Shown: piece by piece, positions 1-10,324 of the stretch
Layout: each line of letters opens with the position of its first letter
Position numbering within the stretch: the first letter of the stretch is position 1
Assembly (NCBI GenBank): GCA_963764165.1
Contig: CAVXRD010000002.1
Coordinates: 992,001-1,056,000 of the forward strand
Direction of reading: 5' to 3'
From: an uncultured Verrucomicrobiae bacterium
GTDB taxonomy: Bacteria > Verrucomicrobiota > Verrucomicrobiia > Limisphaerales > Palsa-1400
DNA length: 64,000 nt
Position numbers and translations under genes: made by a program
The notes under the pieces: generated by a model
Databases searched by the model: none
What the model was told of the DNA's origin: nothing
Seen by the model: the letters and a program-made list of their open reading frames with translations, nothing else

Positions 1-410
1 GCCTCGGCCTGGGCCATCAGGACCCCCAATTCCTGCTCCGGACCAGCCAGATGAAGCGTTTGATTTTTCTTCATGGCGGATATGGAATCACGCGTGGCAA
101 TTTCACCCGGCGGCAGCGCAGTATTGTCAATACGAATATACGGATCCTCCTTCGCGTAATCCTCCAGCAACTTCTCGCCATTCTTGGAGACCACCGAAAT
201 TTTCTTCAGCAGCTCGCGCACTTCCGGCCGTTCCTTTTTTATGAAGTGTATCAGGTTCACTTCCTTTTCCTCGTGCAGCAGTTGGTGCAGCAGGCTGAAG
301 GCATTGTTGCGCGTCTCGACGGAAATGGGCGGCGGCTTTGCTTTCGGTGTTTGACAGCTCATGGCCATCGCGCCGAACACAAGCCCGAATAAAATTTTTC
401 TGAGGTGCAT
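1..410 (-). CDS. Putative lipoprotein, 3' end outside window
   Basis: Manual minus-strand translation from ATG at 410: MHLRKILFGLVFGAMAMSCQTPKAKPP..., open to the window edge; signal peptide ending in a lipobox-like AMS-C. Not in the ORF track because it has no stop in the window. Confidence 0.7.
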   Translation of the reverse strand, partial: MHLRKILFGLVFGAMAMSCQTPKAKPPPISVETRNNAFSLLHQLLHEEKEVNLIHFIKKERPEVRELLKKISVVSKNGEKLLEDYAKEDPYIRIDNTALPPGEIATRDSISAMKKNQTLHLAGPEQELGVLMAQAE

Positions 411-897
411 TTTGGCAAGCCGGACTGGTCCTTCACGTAAAATCCCGGCTGTCAAAAAATAGGCGCAAGCAGACTCTTTGACCAATGGGGTGTTTCCATT
501 ACGGCAAGCGAAGCGAGGTATGAAAACCCCGCCGAGGCGTTGCTGCCTTCCAAGACTCGCCAGGCGCAAATCAGATTTTGTAAACTCATTTGCTCCCCCC
601 ATTCCGATGGCTGCGATTTGGCCTGCTTGGATTTGATTCGCAGCCGCAACCAATGCACATGCCATAATGGCGCAGTTGTTGCGTGTTCAAGAAAAAAGAA
701 AAATTCTTCCCGGAAGGCGACTTGACTCAAATTAAGAGACTCCGGGGAGATAAACTGGGAAGGGGCCAATTCAACCTTTAAACCGGCCGGACGGGGCTGC
801 CACGCCGTGGCGACGGGTCAGCGAGCGGAGTCGACTCTGCCAAAAGATGATCTGCGCCCGACTCGCCATTTCGCATAAACCCGCTAAAATGCCCCGC

Positions 898-1704
898 ATG
901 CCGTGCGTGCAATGCCTGCTTTTTCCAGACCCGCGCCCGCTGGTGGAGCGGTTGGGAGTGGAGTTCTTCCGCCGTTTGCCGGAAGCGCCTGGGGTCTATC
1001 TCATGCGCGATTCGGGCGGAAATATACTTTACGTCGGCAAGGCAAAAAATCTTCGCAAGCGCCTATGCAGCTATCGCGTGGCCAACCCGGATCGCATGCC
1101 GCGACGGCATTTGCGCATGCTGCGCGCCGTCCATCGCATTGATTTGGAGGAGTGCGCGGATGAGGATGCGGCGCTCTCGCGTGAATCACAATTGCTGCGC
1201 GAAATGAAACCGAAATTCAACCGCGCGGGAACGTGGCCGTCGCAAAAAACGCGCTTTCTCTGCTGTCAATATAATAGCTCTCATATCGAACTTTCTGTCA
1301 AAGAAACGGTGTCTGAGGAAAAACTGCAATTGGGCCCCCTCGGCGGGGGAGCTGTCTTCGTGCGGATGGCGCTGGCGCGGCTGCTATGGTTCGCGAGCCA
1401 CGCGGACCGCGGCATCGGCGCGATGCCTTCCGGCTGGGTGCATGGGCGCATGGATAATCCCGCGCGCGTCCATCGCGGGACATTCGATGAATCGGCGGAA
1501 AAAATTCTGAAAGAACTTTTCGCAGGGGAAGTCGAGGCTTTTTGCGATTGGGTGCGCGCGCGAACCACTGCCCTCACCCACCCTGTCGAGAAAACCGTGA
1601 TCGACACGGATTTGGAATATCTGGACGACTATTTTGGATCGCTGATTGTCGACGCCACCGGGAAGTTCGTTTTCGATTGGCCCACGGGCCAGAAGGCGGA
1701 GTAA
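898..1704 (+). CDS. GIY-YIG nuclease, UvrC N-terminal/Cho-like
   Basis: LPEAPGVYLM...ILYVGKAKNLRKRLCSY...E..L....KPKFN motifs; start placed at ATG 898, 7 nt after TAAAAT (ORF track start 847). Confidence 0.85.
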   Translation: MPCVQCLLFPDPRPLVERLGVEFFRRLPEAPGVYLMRDSGGNILYVGKAKNLRKRLCSYRVANPDRMPRRHLRMLRAVHRIDLEECADEDAALSRESQLLREMKPKFNRAGTWPSQKTRFLCCQYNSSHIELSVKETVSEEKLQLGPLGGGAVFVRMALARLLWFASHADRGIGAMPSGWVHGRMDNPARVHRGTFDESAEKILKELFAGEVEAFCDWVRARTTALTHPVEKTVIDTDLEYLDDYFGSLIVDATGKFVFDWPTGQKAE

Positions 1705-1895
1705 TTTAATCAGGAACGACCGAACTCAGGGACAGAGCCTGAATGCGGTATCCCGCTAATCTTAAGGCTCGTAGCCCTTCGATAAAACTCGCTTCTGAAA
1801 TCTGTCCCATAGTTCACATCACTCCCATGATTGGGGAAACTTGGGTGAATTTCTTTGAGAGCCTCTTTTCCTGAGTTCGGTCGTTCCTGATTAAA
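1705..1895. mobile_element. MITE-like element with 26-bp perfect terminal inverted repeats
   Basis: TTTAATCAGGAACGACCGAACTCAGG at 1705-1730 and its reverse complement at 1870-1895; same repeat flanks the GxxExxY gene. Confidence 0.8.
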
Positions 1896-1909
1896 ATCAT
1901 CCGTCTTCC

Positions 1910-3370
1910 CTACAACAACTTGATCTGCATCACTTCATTCTCGATGCCTTCGGTCAGGCCTTCGGCGCGGGAGCGGCGGCGTTCGATGATGTGCTTGTCC
2001 ACCTGCTCGTCGTAGGCGACGGGATATTTGCCGTTGTAACAGGCCATGCAAAATGAATTTGACGGAAGCCCGGTCGCCTTCACCATTCCCTCCTCCGACA
2101 AGTAGGCGAGCGAATCGGCGTTCAAGTAGCGGCGGATTTCATCGATGGTGTTATTCGCCGCCATCAGTTTCGAGCGGTCGGGAAAATCAATGCCGTAATA
2201 GCAGGGATTTCGGTGCGGCGGGCAGCTCACCAAAACATGAACCTCCTTTGCGCCGGCTTCCTTCAAACTGCTCACGCGCGCTTTGCAGGTGGTGCCGCGG
2301 ACAATTGAGTCATCCACGATGATGACGCGTTTGCCGCGCACCAGTTCCGTGATCAAATTCAGTTTCACCCGCACGTTGAAGTCGCGAATGAGCTGCGATG
2401 GCTGCAGGAAGCTGCGGCCGACGTAGTGATTCCTCACGAACGCCATTTCAAACGGGATGCCGGATTCGAGCGAATAACCAAGGGCGGCGCAGTTGCCGCT
2501 GTCCGGCACGGGGACGACGAGGTCGGCCTCAATCGGAACTTCGCGGGCCAATTGACGCCCCATTTCCACCCGCACTTTGTAGACGTTGCGCCCGGAAATG
2601 TTGCTGTCCGGCCGCGCGAAATAAACATATTCAAAAATGCAAAAGGCGCGCTCCGCCTGGGCCGGGAAAGCCTGGAGAAAACGCGGGCCGTTTTTGTCAA
2701 TAATAACGATTTCGCCCGGCGCTATTTCGCGCTCCAATTTGGCGGAGATCAAATCCAGCGCGCACGTTTCGCTGGCCAGCACCCAGCCGCCGTCAATCTT
2801 GCCGAGACACAGCGGGCGAAAACCAAACGGGTCGCGCACGCCAATCAATTCCTGCTCGGTGAGAATCACCAGCGAATACGCGCCTTCCAATCGGCGCACA
2901 GCTTGCAGCAGATTGCTCTCGTTGCCATCGGGTGACGGCTGGCAGAGCAGATGCAGGACGATTTCGCTGTCGACGGTCGTGTTAAATATCGCGCCGCGCT
3001 CCTGCAGTTCGTCGCGCAATTGGGCCGCGTTGGTCAAATTTCCATTGTGCGCAATGGCAATTTGGCCGCGCTTGCCGTCGCCCGTCAGCGGCTGGGCGTT
3101 GCGGAGATGCGACGAGCCGGTGGTGGAATAGCGCGTATGGCCGACCGCTGAAGTTCCCGGCAACGTTTTCAGAACATCACCCTTGAAAATCTGCGACACC
3201 AGACCCATCCGTTTGTGCTCATGGAACCGGCGGCCTTCGCAGGCGACAATTCCCGCGCTCTCCTGGCCGCGATGCTGCAGGGCGTAGAGGCCATAGTAGG
3301 TCAGTTCCGCCGCGTTGGGATGGCCGTAGACACCGAAGACGCCGCAATAATGTTTAGGATAATTTTGCAT
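1910..3370 (-). CDS. purF: Amidophosphoribosyltransferase
   Basis: Short propeptide then CGVFG, QHRGQESAG, GHTRYST, HNGNL, PRPP-binding VDDSIVRGTT, CMAC Fe-S motif. Confidence 0.97.
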   Translation of the reverse strand: MQNYPKHYCGVFGVYGHPNAAELTYYGLYALQHRGQESAGIVACEGRRFHEHKRMGLVSQIFKGDVLKTLPGTSAVGHTRYSTTGSSHLRNAQPLTGDGKRGQIAIAHNGNLTNAAQLRDELQERGAIFNTTVDSEIVLHLLCQPSPDGNESNLLQAVRRLEGAYSLVILTEQELIGVRDPFGFRPLCLGKIDGGWVLASETCALDLISAKLEREIAPGEIVIIDKNGPRFLQAFPAQAERAFCIFEYVYFARPDSNISGRNVYKVRVEMGRQLAREVPIEADLVVPVPDSGNCAALGYSLESGIPFEMAFVRNHYVGRSFLQPSQLIRDFNVRVKLNLITELVRGKRVIIVDDSIVRGTTCKARVSSLKEAGAKEVHVLVSCPPHRNPCYYGIDFPDRSKLMAANNTIDEIRRYLNADSLAYLSEEGMVKATGLPSNSFCMACYNGKYPVAYDEQVDKHIIERRRSRAEGLTEGIENEVMQIKLL

Positions 3371-3501
3371 TCGCAGAGCGCTTTGCAACGCCAATGAAAC
3401 AAACCCGAATCCTCCCGCGCAAGCTCATTCGATGGCGCAGTTTGCGTTGCGCCCCAACATAGGTCTTGCAGCGATTCCCGCAACCTGCTACGCATTCGGG
3501 C

Positions 3502-3918
3502 GTGGCGCAACTTGAGATCCTGCACGTCGAAGACGACCCCGACGACGCGTTCTTTTTCCGGCGGGCGCTGCGCCTTGCTCACCCGGATTTTAATCTGCAC
3601 CTCGAAAAAAATGGCGAGGGCGCCATCAAGTATTTGGGCGAAGTGGAAAGCCGCCAGACGGACGATTCGCCTCCAGTTCCGGACTTGATGCTGCTGGATC
3701 TCAAACTTCCCGGGCTCTCGGGTTTTGATGTCTTGTCCTGGACGCGAAGCCGCGAGACGTTCAAGGCCCTGCCCATCGTCATCCTGAGCGGCTCCTCACT
3801 CGCCAATGACCGGAAAAAAGCGGACGAACTCGGTGCTTCCGATTTTATTGTCAAGAATAGCAACTATGATCAGATCGCAGGGCATATCCTCCAATTTTTA
3901 GCGAACAGCAGGCAGTAA
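3502..3918 (+). CDS. Single-domain response regulator receiver
   Basis: ILHVEDD, LLDLKLPG, IVILSGS, ASDFIVK; GTG start at 3502 is a guess (ORF track 3466). Confidence 0.88.
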   Translation: MAQLEILHVEDDPDDAFFFRRALRLAHPDFNLHLEKNGEGAIKYLGEVESRQTDDSPPVPDLMLLDLKLPGLSGFDVLSWTRSRETFKALPIVILSGSSLANDRKKADELGASDFIVKNSNYDQIAGHILQFLANSRQ

Positions 3919-3927
3919 TTCCAACCC

Positions 3928-6039
3928 ATGAACAAACGGAACGCGTCCGTGATCCTTGTTTGTCCTAAATTGAACCGAACTCTCCAGGGCTTCGCATTTG
4001 CGATGGCGCTCTGCGGGCTTTTGTCGGGCCGCCTTGATGCGGCAGACGCGCCGCAGCCAACGAATCCCCCGCCAGCCGGAGAGGCAGACCGCCTCTCGGC
4101 CTTCAAGAGGATGAGCCTCGAGGAATTGCTGGACCAGCCGGTGACCTCCGTCTTAAAGACACCCGTCCCTTACGGACAGGCTCCATCCGCCATTCAAGTG
4201 ATTACTTCCGAGGACATTCAGCGCTCGGGCGCGATGACGATTCCCGAAGCGCTGCGCCTGGCGGACAACTTGGAAGTGGCCCAGATCAACGCGCACGATT
4301 GGGCCATCAGCGCGCGGGGATTTAACGCGGACCTTGCCGACAAGTTGCTGGTGTTGATTGATGGCCGCGCCGTCTATACGCCTCTTTACGGCGGTGTTGA
4401 ATGGAATGTGCAGGATTACGTGATGCAAGACATTGACCGCATCGAGGTCATCAGCGGCCCCGGCGGCACGCAATGGGGCGCAAACGCCGTCAACGGCGTT
4501 ATCAATATCACCACCAAGAGCGCCAAAGACACCCAGGGACTTTACCTTGAGGCGGGCGGAGGAAATGAATGGGACGATTTTACCAGCGTCCGTTATGGAG
4601 GCATGCTGGCCTCGAATGTTTATTTTCGCATCTATGGCAAATATTTCGATCACGACAGCGAAGAACTGTTGGATTACAAAAGCGCGGCGGATGACTGGGC
4701 CATGGGTCGCGGCGGTTTCCGCATAGACGCGCAAGGAACAGCCCAGGACTCCCTCACGGTGCAAGGCGATTTTTACAGTGGCTCGGAGGACCAGAATCCT
4801 GCCGCTCTGGAAGGGCTGGCCGGCGGAAATCTGCTGGCCCGCTGGGTGCACACATTTTCAGAGGATTCGGATATTAATTTGCAGGTCTACTACGACCGCA
4901 CACACCTGGCCCAACCGTTCAACGCCATCGCCCCTGACCCGGGCGTTTCGAGCGGATTTCCAGCCAGCGCGCTGGTGGATGATCTCAACACGTATGATAT
5001 TAATCTTCAGCATCGATTCCCTATCGGCGAATACAACAAAATCCTCTGGGGAACGGGCTACCGCTTCACCCATGAAGTCGACACCGACGCTTCGTTGATT
5101 CAATTTCTCCCTCCTGAGCTGGATCAAAACCTGTTCAACGCCTTTGTTCAGGACGAAATCACTCTCTACAAAAGCGTGACCCTGACCCTCGGCACCAAAT
5201 TGGAGCACAACGATTACACCGGCTTCGAGGTCGAGCCCAGCGGGCGGCTGCAATGGAAAATCACCGACAAGCAAATGGTGTGGGGAGCGATTTCGCGAGC
5301 GGTCCAAACACCCTCGCGTTATGATGAAGATTTGTATCTGCCGACGCACCTAACCATCGTCTTTCCGCCTTACCAATTTCCCAAGGCGTATTTGCAGGGC
5401 AATCCGGATTTTGATTCTGAAACGGTGATTGCGTATGAACTTGGCTATCGCGCGCAACTTGCCTCAAAGCTCTCCAGTTCCATCTCCGCATTTTACAACG
5501 ACTACGGCGATCTCCGCAGTGTCAGCGCGACGCCCACCAGCGAATACTATACGCTCGCCCTGCCAGATTATTTTGCCAACAATTTGGAAGGCGACACCTA
5601 CGGCTTCGAATGGACCGGCACTTATGAAATTCTCCCGAACTGGCGCCTGCATGCGGGCTACGATTTGCTCAAGGAGGATATTCACCCCAAGCCCGGAACG
5701 GTTGACATAACGGACGGCTATTACGGAAGGTCCGATCCACAGCAGCAATTCTCGATTCGCACTTCGATTGATCCCATTCCAGCCATAAGCCTCGACGCCG
5801 CCCTTCGCTGGGTCGACGAGCTGCACACGGTCGATTCGCCGACCACCGGGCCGGCTCTCGGAACAGTGCCAAGCTATTTCGAGCTCGATTCCCGGATTGC
5901 CTGGCGAGCGACAAAACACTGGGAATTTGCGATTGTCGGCCAGAATCTTTTGCACAGCCAGCACGTCGAATTTGGCTACCCCACCAGCCAGGAAGAAATT
6001 GTGCGAAGCGTTTTTGCCAAGGCCATTTTCCGCTGGTGA
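3928..6039 (+). CDS. TonB-dependent receptor
   Basis: Signal peptide, plug domain (VITSEDI, LVLIDGR, IDRIEVISGPGGTQWGANAVNGVINIITK-like), beta-barrel ending in aromatic W. Confidence 0.92.
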   Translation: MNKRNASVILVCPKLNRTLQGFAFAMALCGLLSGRLDAADAPQPTNPPPAGEADRLSAFKRMSLEELLDQPVTSVLKTPVPYGQAPSAIQVITSEDIQRSGAMTIPEALRLADNLEVAQINAHDWAISARGFNADLADKLLVLIDGRAVYTPLYGGVEWNVQDYVMQDIDRIEVISGPGGTQWGANAVNGVINITTKSAKDTQGLYLEAGGGNEWDDFTSVRYGGMLASNVYFRIYGKYFDHDSEELLDYKSAADDWAMGRGGFRIDAQGTAQDSLTVQGDFYSGSEDQNPAALEGLAGGNLLARWVHTFSEDSDINLQVYYDRTHLAQPFNAIAPDPGVSSGFPASALVDDLNTYDINLQHRFPIGEYNKILWGTGYRFTHEVDTDASLIQFLPPELDQNLFNAFVQDEITLYKSVTLTLGTKLEHNDYTGFEVEPSGRLQWKITDKQMVWGAISRAVQTPSRYDEDLYLPTHLTIVFPPYQFPKAYLQGNPDFDSETVIAYELGYRAQLASKLSSSISAFYNDYGDLRSVSATPTSEYYTLALPDYFANNLEGDTYGFEWTGTYEILPNWRLHAGYDLLKEDIHPKPGTVDITDGYYGRSDPQQQFSIRTSIDPIPAISLDAALRWVDELHTVDSPTTGPALGTVPSYFELDSRIAWRATKHWEFAIVGQNLLHSQHVEFGYPTSQEEIVRSVFAKAIFRW

Positions 6040-6043
6040 TTCC

Positions 6044-6703
6044 GTGAGACAATCGATCACATGCCGATTTTTCCACGCAGTGGCGTTTGCCATGATCATT
6101 GCCCTTGGGCCATTCACAGTCACCCAAGCGCGGGCCGACGATGAACCCAACGAATACGAGTTGAAGGCGGTCATGCTTTTCAATTTGGCTCGCTTCGTCG
6201 AATGGCCGCAAAGCGCCTTCGCCACCTCCAACGCGCCCATCGTCATCGGCGTGATCGGCCGCAATCCTTTCGGCGATGCACTCGAAAAGGCGGTCAAAGG
6301 AGAAACCGTCAGCGGTCGGAAGATCACGGTGGAGCATTACGACAGCGTGAAGGAACTCCAGCGGTGCCACATCCTTTTTGTCTGCTCGAGCGAAAGGCCC
6401 CGGGTCAGCGCGATCCTGGCGAAATTGAAAGGCGCCCCGACTTTAAGCGTTTCTGAAATTGACGGATTTTCCAGAATGCGCGGCGGGATGGTTCTTTTTT
6501 ACACCAACAACCAAAAAAGAATTCGATTGCGGTTGAATTTGGAGTCGGCTCGCGCGGAAGGTCTGATCATCAGCTCCAAATTGATTCAGGTTGCGGAACT
6601 CGACAAGACAACCCTGCTCTGGCCGCGCGAGCCAATGTTGGGCGCCTCGAGCCTTTTCGCGGCCGCCTCGATGACCGTTCCAAATCCGGCGGCGCATCCA
6701 TGA
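6044..6703 (+). CDS. YfiR-family (DUF4154) periplasmic protein
   Basis: EYELKAVMLFNLARFVEWP, CHILFV, GGMVLF, LNLESARAEGLIISSKLI; start uncertain (6044 or 6092). Confidence 0.88.
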   Translation: MRQSITCRFFHAVAFAMIIALGPFTVTQARADDEPNEYELKAVMLFNLARFVEWPQSAFATSNAPIVIGVIGRNPFGDALEKAVKGETVSGRKITVEHYDSVKELQRCHILFVCSSERPRVSAILAKLKGAPTLSVSEIDGFSRMRGGMVLFYTNNQKRIRLRLNLESARAEGLIISSKLIQVAELDKTTLLWPREPMLGASSLFAAASMTVPNPAAHP

Positions 6704-8163
6704 GGCTGCCGTCGCTCAGACGCCGTTTGCGGGGGGCGATGATCGTGACCAGCGCGACTTCGCTGCTGGTTGTCTGCGTCACTCTCCTGGCCTACGAACA
6801 CGCGGCCTTCAAGCGCGTTGAAGCGCAAAGCCTGGCCACCCTCGCGCGAAGCATCGCCATCAATTGCACCGCCATCCTCCTTTACGGCGATCCAAAACGG
6901 GGCGATGAATACCTGGCTTCGCTCAAGACCGAACCGGCCATCGTTGATGGGGCGCTCTACGATAAAAGCGGCCACCTGTTTTCGTTTTATCCAAGCACCG
7001 CCCCGCCAAGCCAATTCCCAAAATCTCCCGGCCCGGACGGTCTCGAATTTTCCGGGCTCAATCTGACGATAGTGCAACCCGCGATGCAGGACGAAGGCCG
7101 CATGGGAACCATTGTCATCCACGAAGACCTTCACGGAATGTATGGGCGCTTTGGCCTCTACGCGGTGGTGGTCGCGCTCGTCATGGCGGCGGCCATCGGG
7201 CTGGCATATCTGATTTCCGACTTTTTCCAGCGGCGCATTTCCCAGCCAATCCTAAACCTCGCGAGCGTCGCCCGGCGAATTTCGGAAAAGAACGATTTTT
7301 CCGTCCGCGTCGAAAACAGTTCGGTGGCCGAAGAGATCGACCTGCTCAACAAAGCCTTCAACGACATGCTCGAGCAGATTCACAGCCGCGACATTTCTTT
7401 GGAGCAAGCCCGCGCCGCCCTGGAGCAGCACGCCAAAGCGCTCGAAACCCGGGTGGCCGAACGCACTCGCTCCCTCGAAGAGACGACCCGCCAGCTATAC
7501 GATTTCTGCTATTCGGTGGCGCATGATCTCAAGGCGCCGATTCGCTCCCAAGCCGGCTACGCGCGGATTCTCATCCAGGATTTTTCACAGCAGCTCGGCC
7601 CCGAGGCGACAGAATACGCCGAACGCATTGCCGCGGCGGCGGACCGGCAGGACCGCCTTGTTTCGGACTTGCTCACGCATGTCAGCCTCGGCCGCAGCGA
7701 AATGCCAATGGAAAGCGTCGACCTGGCCTTGCTCGCGGAGCAAGTGAAGATGGATCTGACCGGCGAAATTCAGCGCTTGCAGGCGACCGTTAATTTGACA
7801 GATGTCAAAGGGGCCGTGGTGGCCAACCGCTCCTCGCTGAATTTGGTGATGATCAATCTTTTCACCAACGCCCTGAAATTCATCCCCCGCGGGCGGACCC
7901 CTCAGGTCAAGGCTTGGACGGAAGTTCGCGATGGCTGCATTCGGTTTTGGGTGCAGGATAACGGCATCGGCATTTCGCCGCAGCACATCGGAAAGCTATT
8001 TGCCGTTTTCCAACGGCTTCACACCCGCGAGGAATACGCCGGAACCGGAATTGGCCTTGCCATCGTCAAGCGCGCCGCCGAACGCATGAACGGCCGCGTT
8101 GGAGTGGAATCGGAAGAGGGAAAAGGCAGCCGGTTTTGGGTTGAGTTTGCCGCGGCGAAGTAA
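6700..8163 (+). CDS. Membrane sensor histidine kinase (periplasmic sensor, HAMP, HisKA, HATPase)
   Basis: Two TM segments, HAMP (EEIDLLNKAFNDML), H-box SVAHDLKAP, NLFTNALKF, DNGIGI, GTGIGLAIV; ATGA overlap with the yfiR-like gene. Confidence 0.93.
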   Translation: MRLPSLRRRLRGAMIVTSATSLLVVCVTLLAYEHAAFKRVEAQSLATLARSIAINCTAILLYGDPKRGDEYLASLKTEPAIVDGALYDKSGHLFSFYPSTAPPSQFPKSPGPDGLEFSGLNLTIVQPAMQDEGRMGTIVIHEDLHGMYGRFGLYAVVVALVMAAAIGLAYLISDFFQRRISQPILNLASVARRISEKNDFSVRVENSSVAEEIDLLNKAFNDMLEQIHSRDISLEQARAALEQHAKALETRVAERTRSLEETTRQLYDFCYSVAHDLKAPIRSQAGYARILIQDFSQQLGPEATEYAERIAAAADRQDRLVSDLLTHVSLGRSEMPMESVDLALLAEQVKMDLTGEIQRLQATVNLTDVKGAVVANRSSLNLVMINLFTNALKFIPRGRTPQVKAWTEVRDGCIRFWVQDNGIGISPQHIGKLFAVFQRLHTREEYAGTGIGLAIVKRAAERMNGRVGVESEEGKGSRFWVEFAAAK

Positions 8164-10279
8164 CTACGGAATCCACACTGCCCGCCAGAATTGGACGCCT
8201 GCCCCCGGGGCAATGGCATTTGTCACATTCATCGGCGAGTTTGTCAAAGCTATGGATGAAACGGTCGTCCATGAAAGCAGATTTGTCGACTTTTGCAGGA
8301 ACGTAAGGCGTGCCGGTTTGACCACTGACTTGCAACACGAGTTGATTGGAGGAGCTTGAGAGAAATTCGAGCGTCGGCGCCTCGGGTGGAAATGACAGCA
8401 CGGTGAGGGAATAGGGAGAAAAATTGTAATATAAATTGGTGGTTGGAATGCTGTTCGTGGAGATGTCGCAGGCACTGCTGCCTGCCTCGGCGGCGTTGTC
8501 CTGAGCCATGCCGTAGGAATAAATGGTGGCATTTGAGCCGGGGAGGAAGCCCTGGAGCGAAATCTGGCCGGTCAGATTTGTCACCGAATCCTTGCTGACC
8601 ACCAGCATGCTGAGCGATCCGTTTGTCCGCCTTGCCGCGTAAGTGGTGAGCAGCCTGTAACTGCTGGTGGCGGGCAAAATGGAATCGCCGGGACCCAAAA
8701 AAAGCTTCATCAGCTTCGCGGCGAAGTAAGTTGGGTAACGATCCGTCAAATTTGTGGCGAGGCCGTCCATCACACCAAGATCGCCATACATGCGCCAACC
8801 GTAGAGCGTGGAGTCCATGTCGCCCGATTCATCGACGCCGTTGCGAAGATCCCACCAGACAAACGAATTGAATTCCGTTTGCGTCAACATGCCAAAACTG
8901 TCGGCGCGGAAAAGCGCGTTGACGAGGCTGGTTGACTGTTTGCCCTGCGCGCCAGCGTCGCTGTTGTTTTCGGTGCAGAGCAGCTCGATGTTCGTGCCGC
9001 CAGCCCCGAAATAATTGCTGATCATTCCGCGCAAATTGCCCGCCGCGCCGATCCAGTTGGTGGTCACATCCAGCAGCCCCATATCGCTGTCGTTGCCGTA
9101 TTCGGGGTACCAGTGATAGATGGCAAAATCCGGCGTGACACCTAATTGCTTTAATGTGCTCATCACGACAGGCGTCCACCCGTAATGCACCTGGCCGGTG
9201 GTCTGATTGGTGGCTGGATGAGCGCTGTATCCGTTGCTGCTGGAGTCCTCGCCGGTGATGGTGACCACGCCGACTTTGATCGTTGGATCGACGGCTTTCA
9301 TTTGCTGGATGTAAGTTGCGGCGCGCGTCGCGTAAGTGAAAGGATCGTGCGGGTTGGCGTTGCTGTCGGTTTCCCAGGTTCCGTAAAGTTCGTTGCCCAC
9401 TTCCCAATATTTGAAGCCGTAATGGTTGGTGACATTCGCGCTCCTCACCCACGCCGCCGCCTCGGCTGGAGTGCCCGTGCCGTAATTGGCCGTGATGATG
9501 ACGTTTGCGCCGACGTTCGTTGCCACTGAGGCAAATGTTCTGAACGAGGTGGCCCATTGCCAAGTGTTGGAATCGGAGGTGTTCGAAGCCCAGTGGTAAT
9601 CATCCGCAGCCGACCCACCCGGAAATCGGAGGAACCGCAACCCCATGTCGTTCAACTCGGAAATGGTGGCAGACGTCCCAAAATCGCCGTCCCAGATTGC
9701 GGTATTAATTCCAAACCACCGGGCGTCGGCGGTGCGCAGGGATTTGGAGGCGTTGACGGAAAGGTACGTAATTTGGGGCGGCGGAAGCGGATTGAGCTGG
9801 ATCGAGTCGAGATAGAAAGTTGGGGCCGCATATGGAGAATTTAACTGCCACCAAAACCCATTAAAATTGCTTTGATATGCGACACCGAGCGACGAGAGCG
9901 GGATAGTGATCTGTCGCCATGCATTTGAAGCAAGCGTCGGCAGGGTCAAACTGCTTGCGGGGCTTCCGCCTAACACGCCGTGCAGGGTTATGTTCTGGCC
10001 TCCGACCGGCCCGCCGTTAATCCAGAAACTGACAGTTGTGTAAATGGAAGTGTCGAGATTGGGCGTATAAAGCCAGAGCGCGGAATAATTCGACGCCGTG
10101 ACACTGATGGAATCCGAGCCGGAATAGACGGGTGATGTATTTGTTAGATTGTTGGTGGCCCAGCTCCAATTTTGAAACCCATTGACGAGGCTGTCTGAAT
10201 AAATCACCAGCGGCGCCTGCGCCTCCACCCGCCCGACCCAAAACAAACCAACAGCGATCAGCAGGACGCGAAAAGACAT
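8164..10279 (-). CDS. Secreted glycoside hydrolase (clan GH-A, arabinofuranosidase-like) with N-terminal CBM-like domain; frameshift near 8300
   Basis: Signal peptide, LRFPGGS, YWEVGNE (acid/base), LCTENN (nucleophile). The C-terminus continues in another frame (LQKSTNLLSW...QFWRAVWIP) to a stop at 8164. Confidence 0.85.
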
Positions 10280-10324
10280 GCTTACTTATAGCTCATTCCA
10301 CTGGGAACGCGCAACCTGAGCGTT

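Noticed and set aside
51..392. 113-aa plus-strand ORF
   Set aside because: Antisense shadow of the minus-strand lipoprotein-like gene starting at 410.
684..697. Possible LexA box (TGTTC-N4-GAACA type reported for Verrucomicrobia) upstream of the GIY-YIG gene
   Set aside because: Only the TGTTC half matches; no full box was seen upstream of recA either.
898..1895. GIY-YIG protein as the mobiliser of the adjacent MITE, or as a homing endonuclease
   Set aside because: The gene lies outside the TIRs and looks like a UvrC/Cho repair-type domain; the same TIRs enclose GxxExxY instead.
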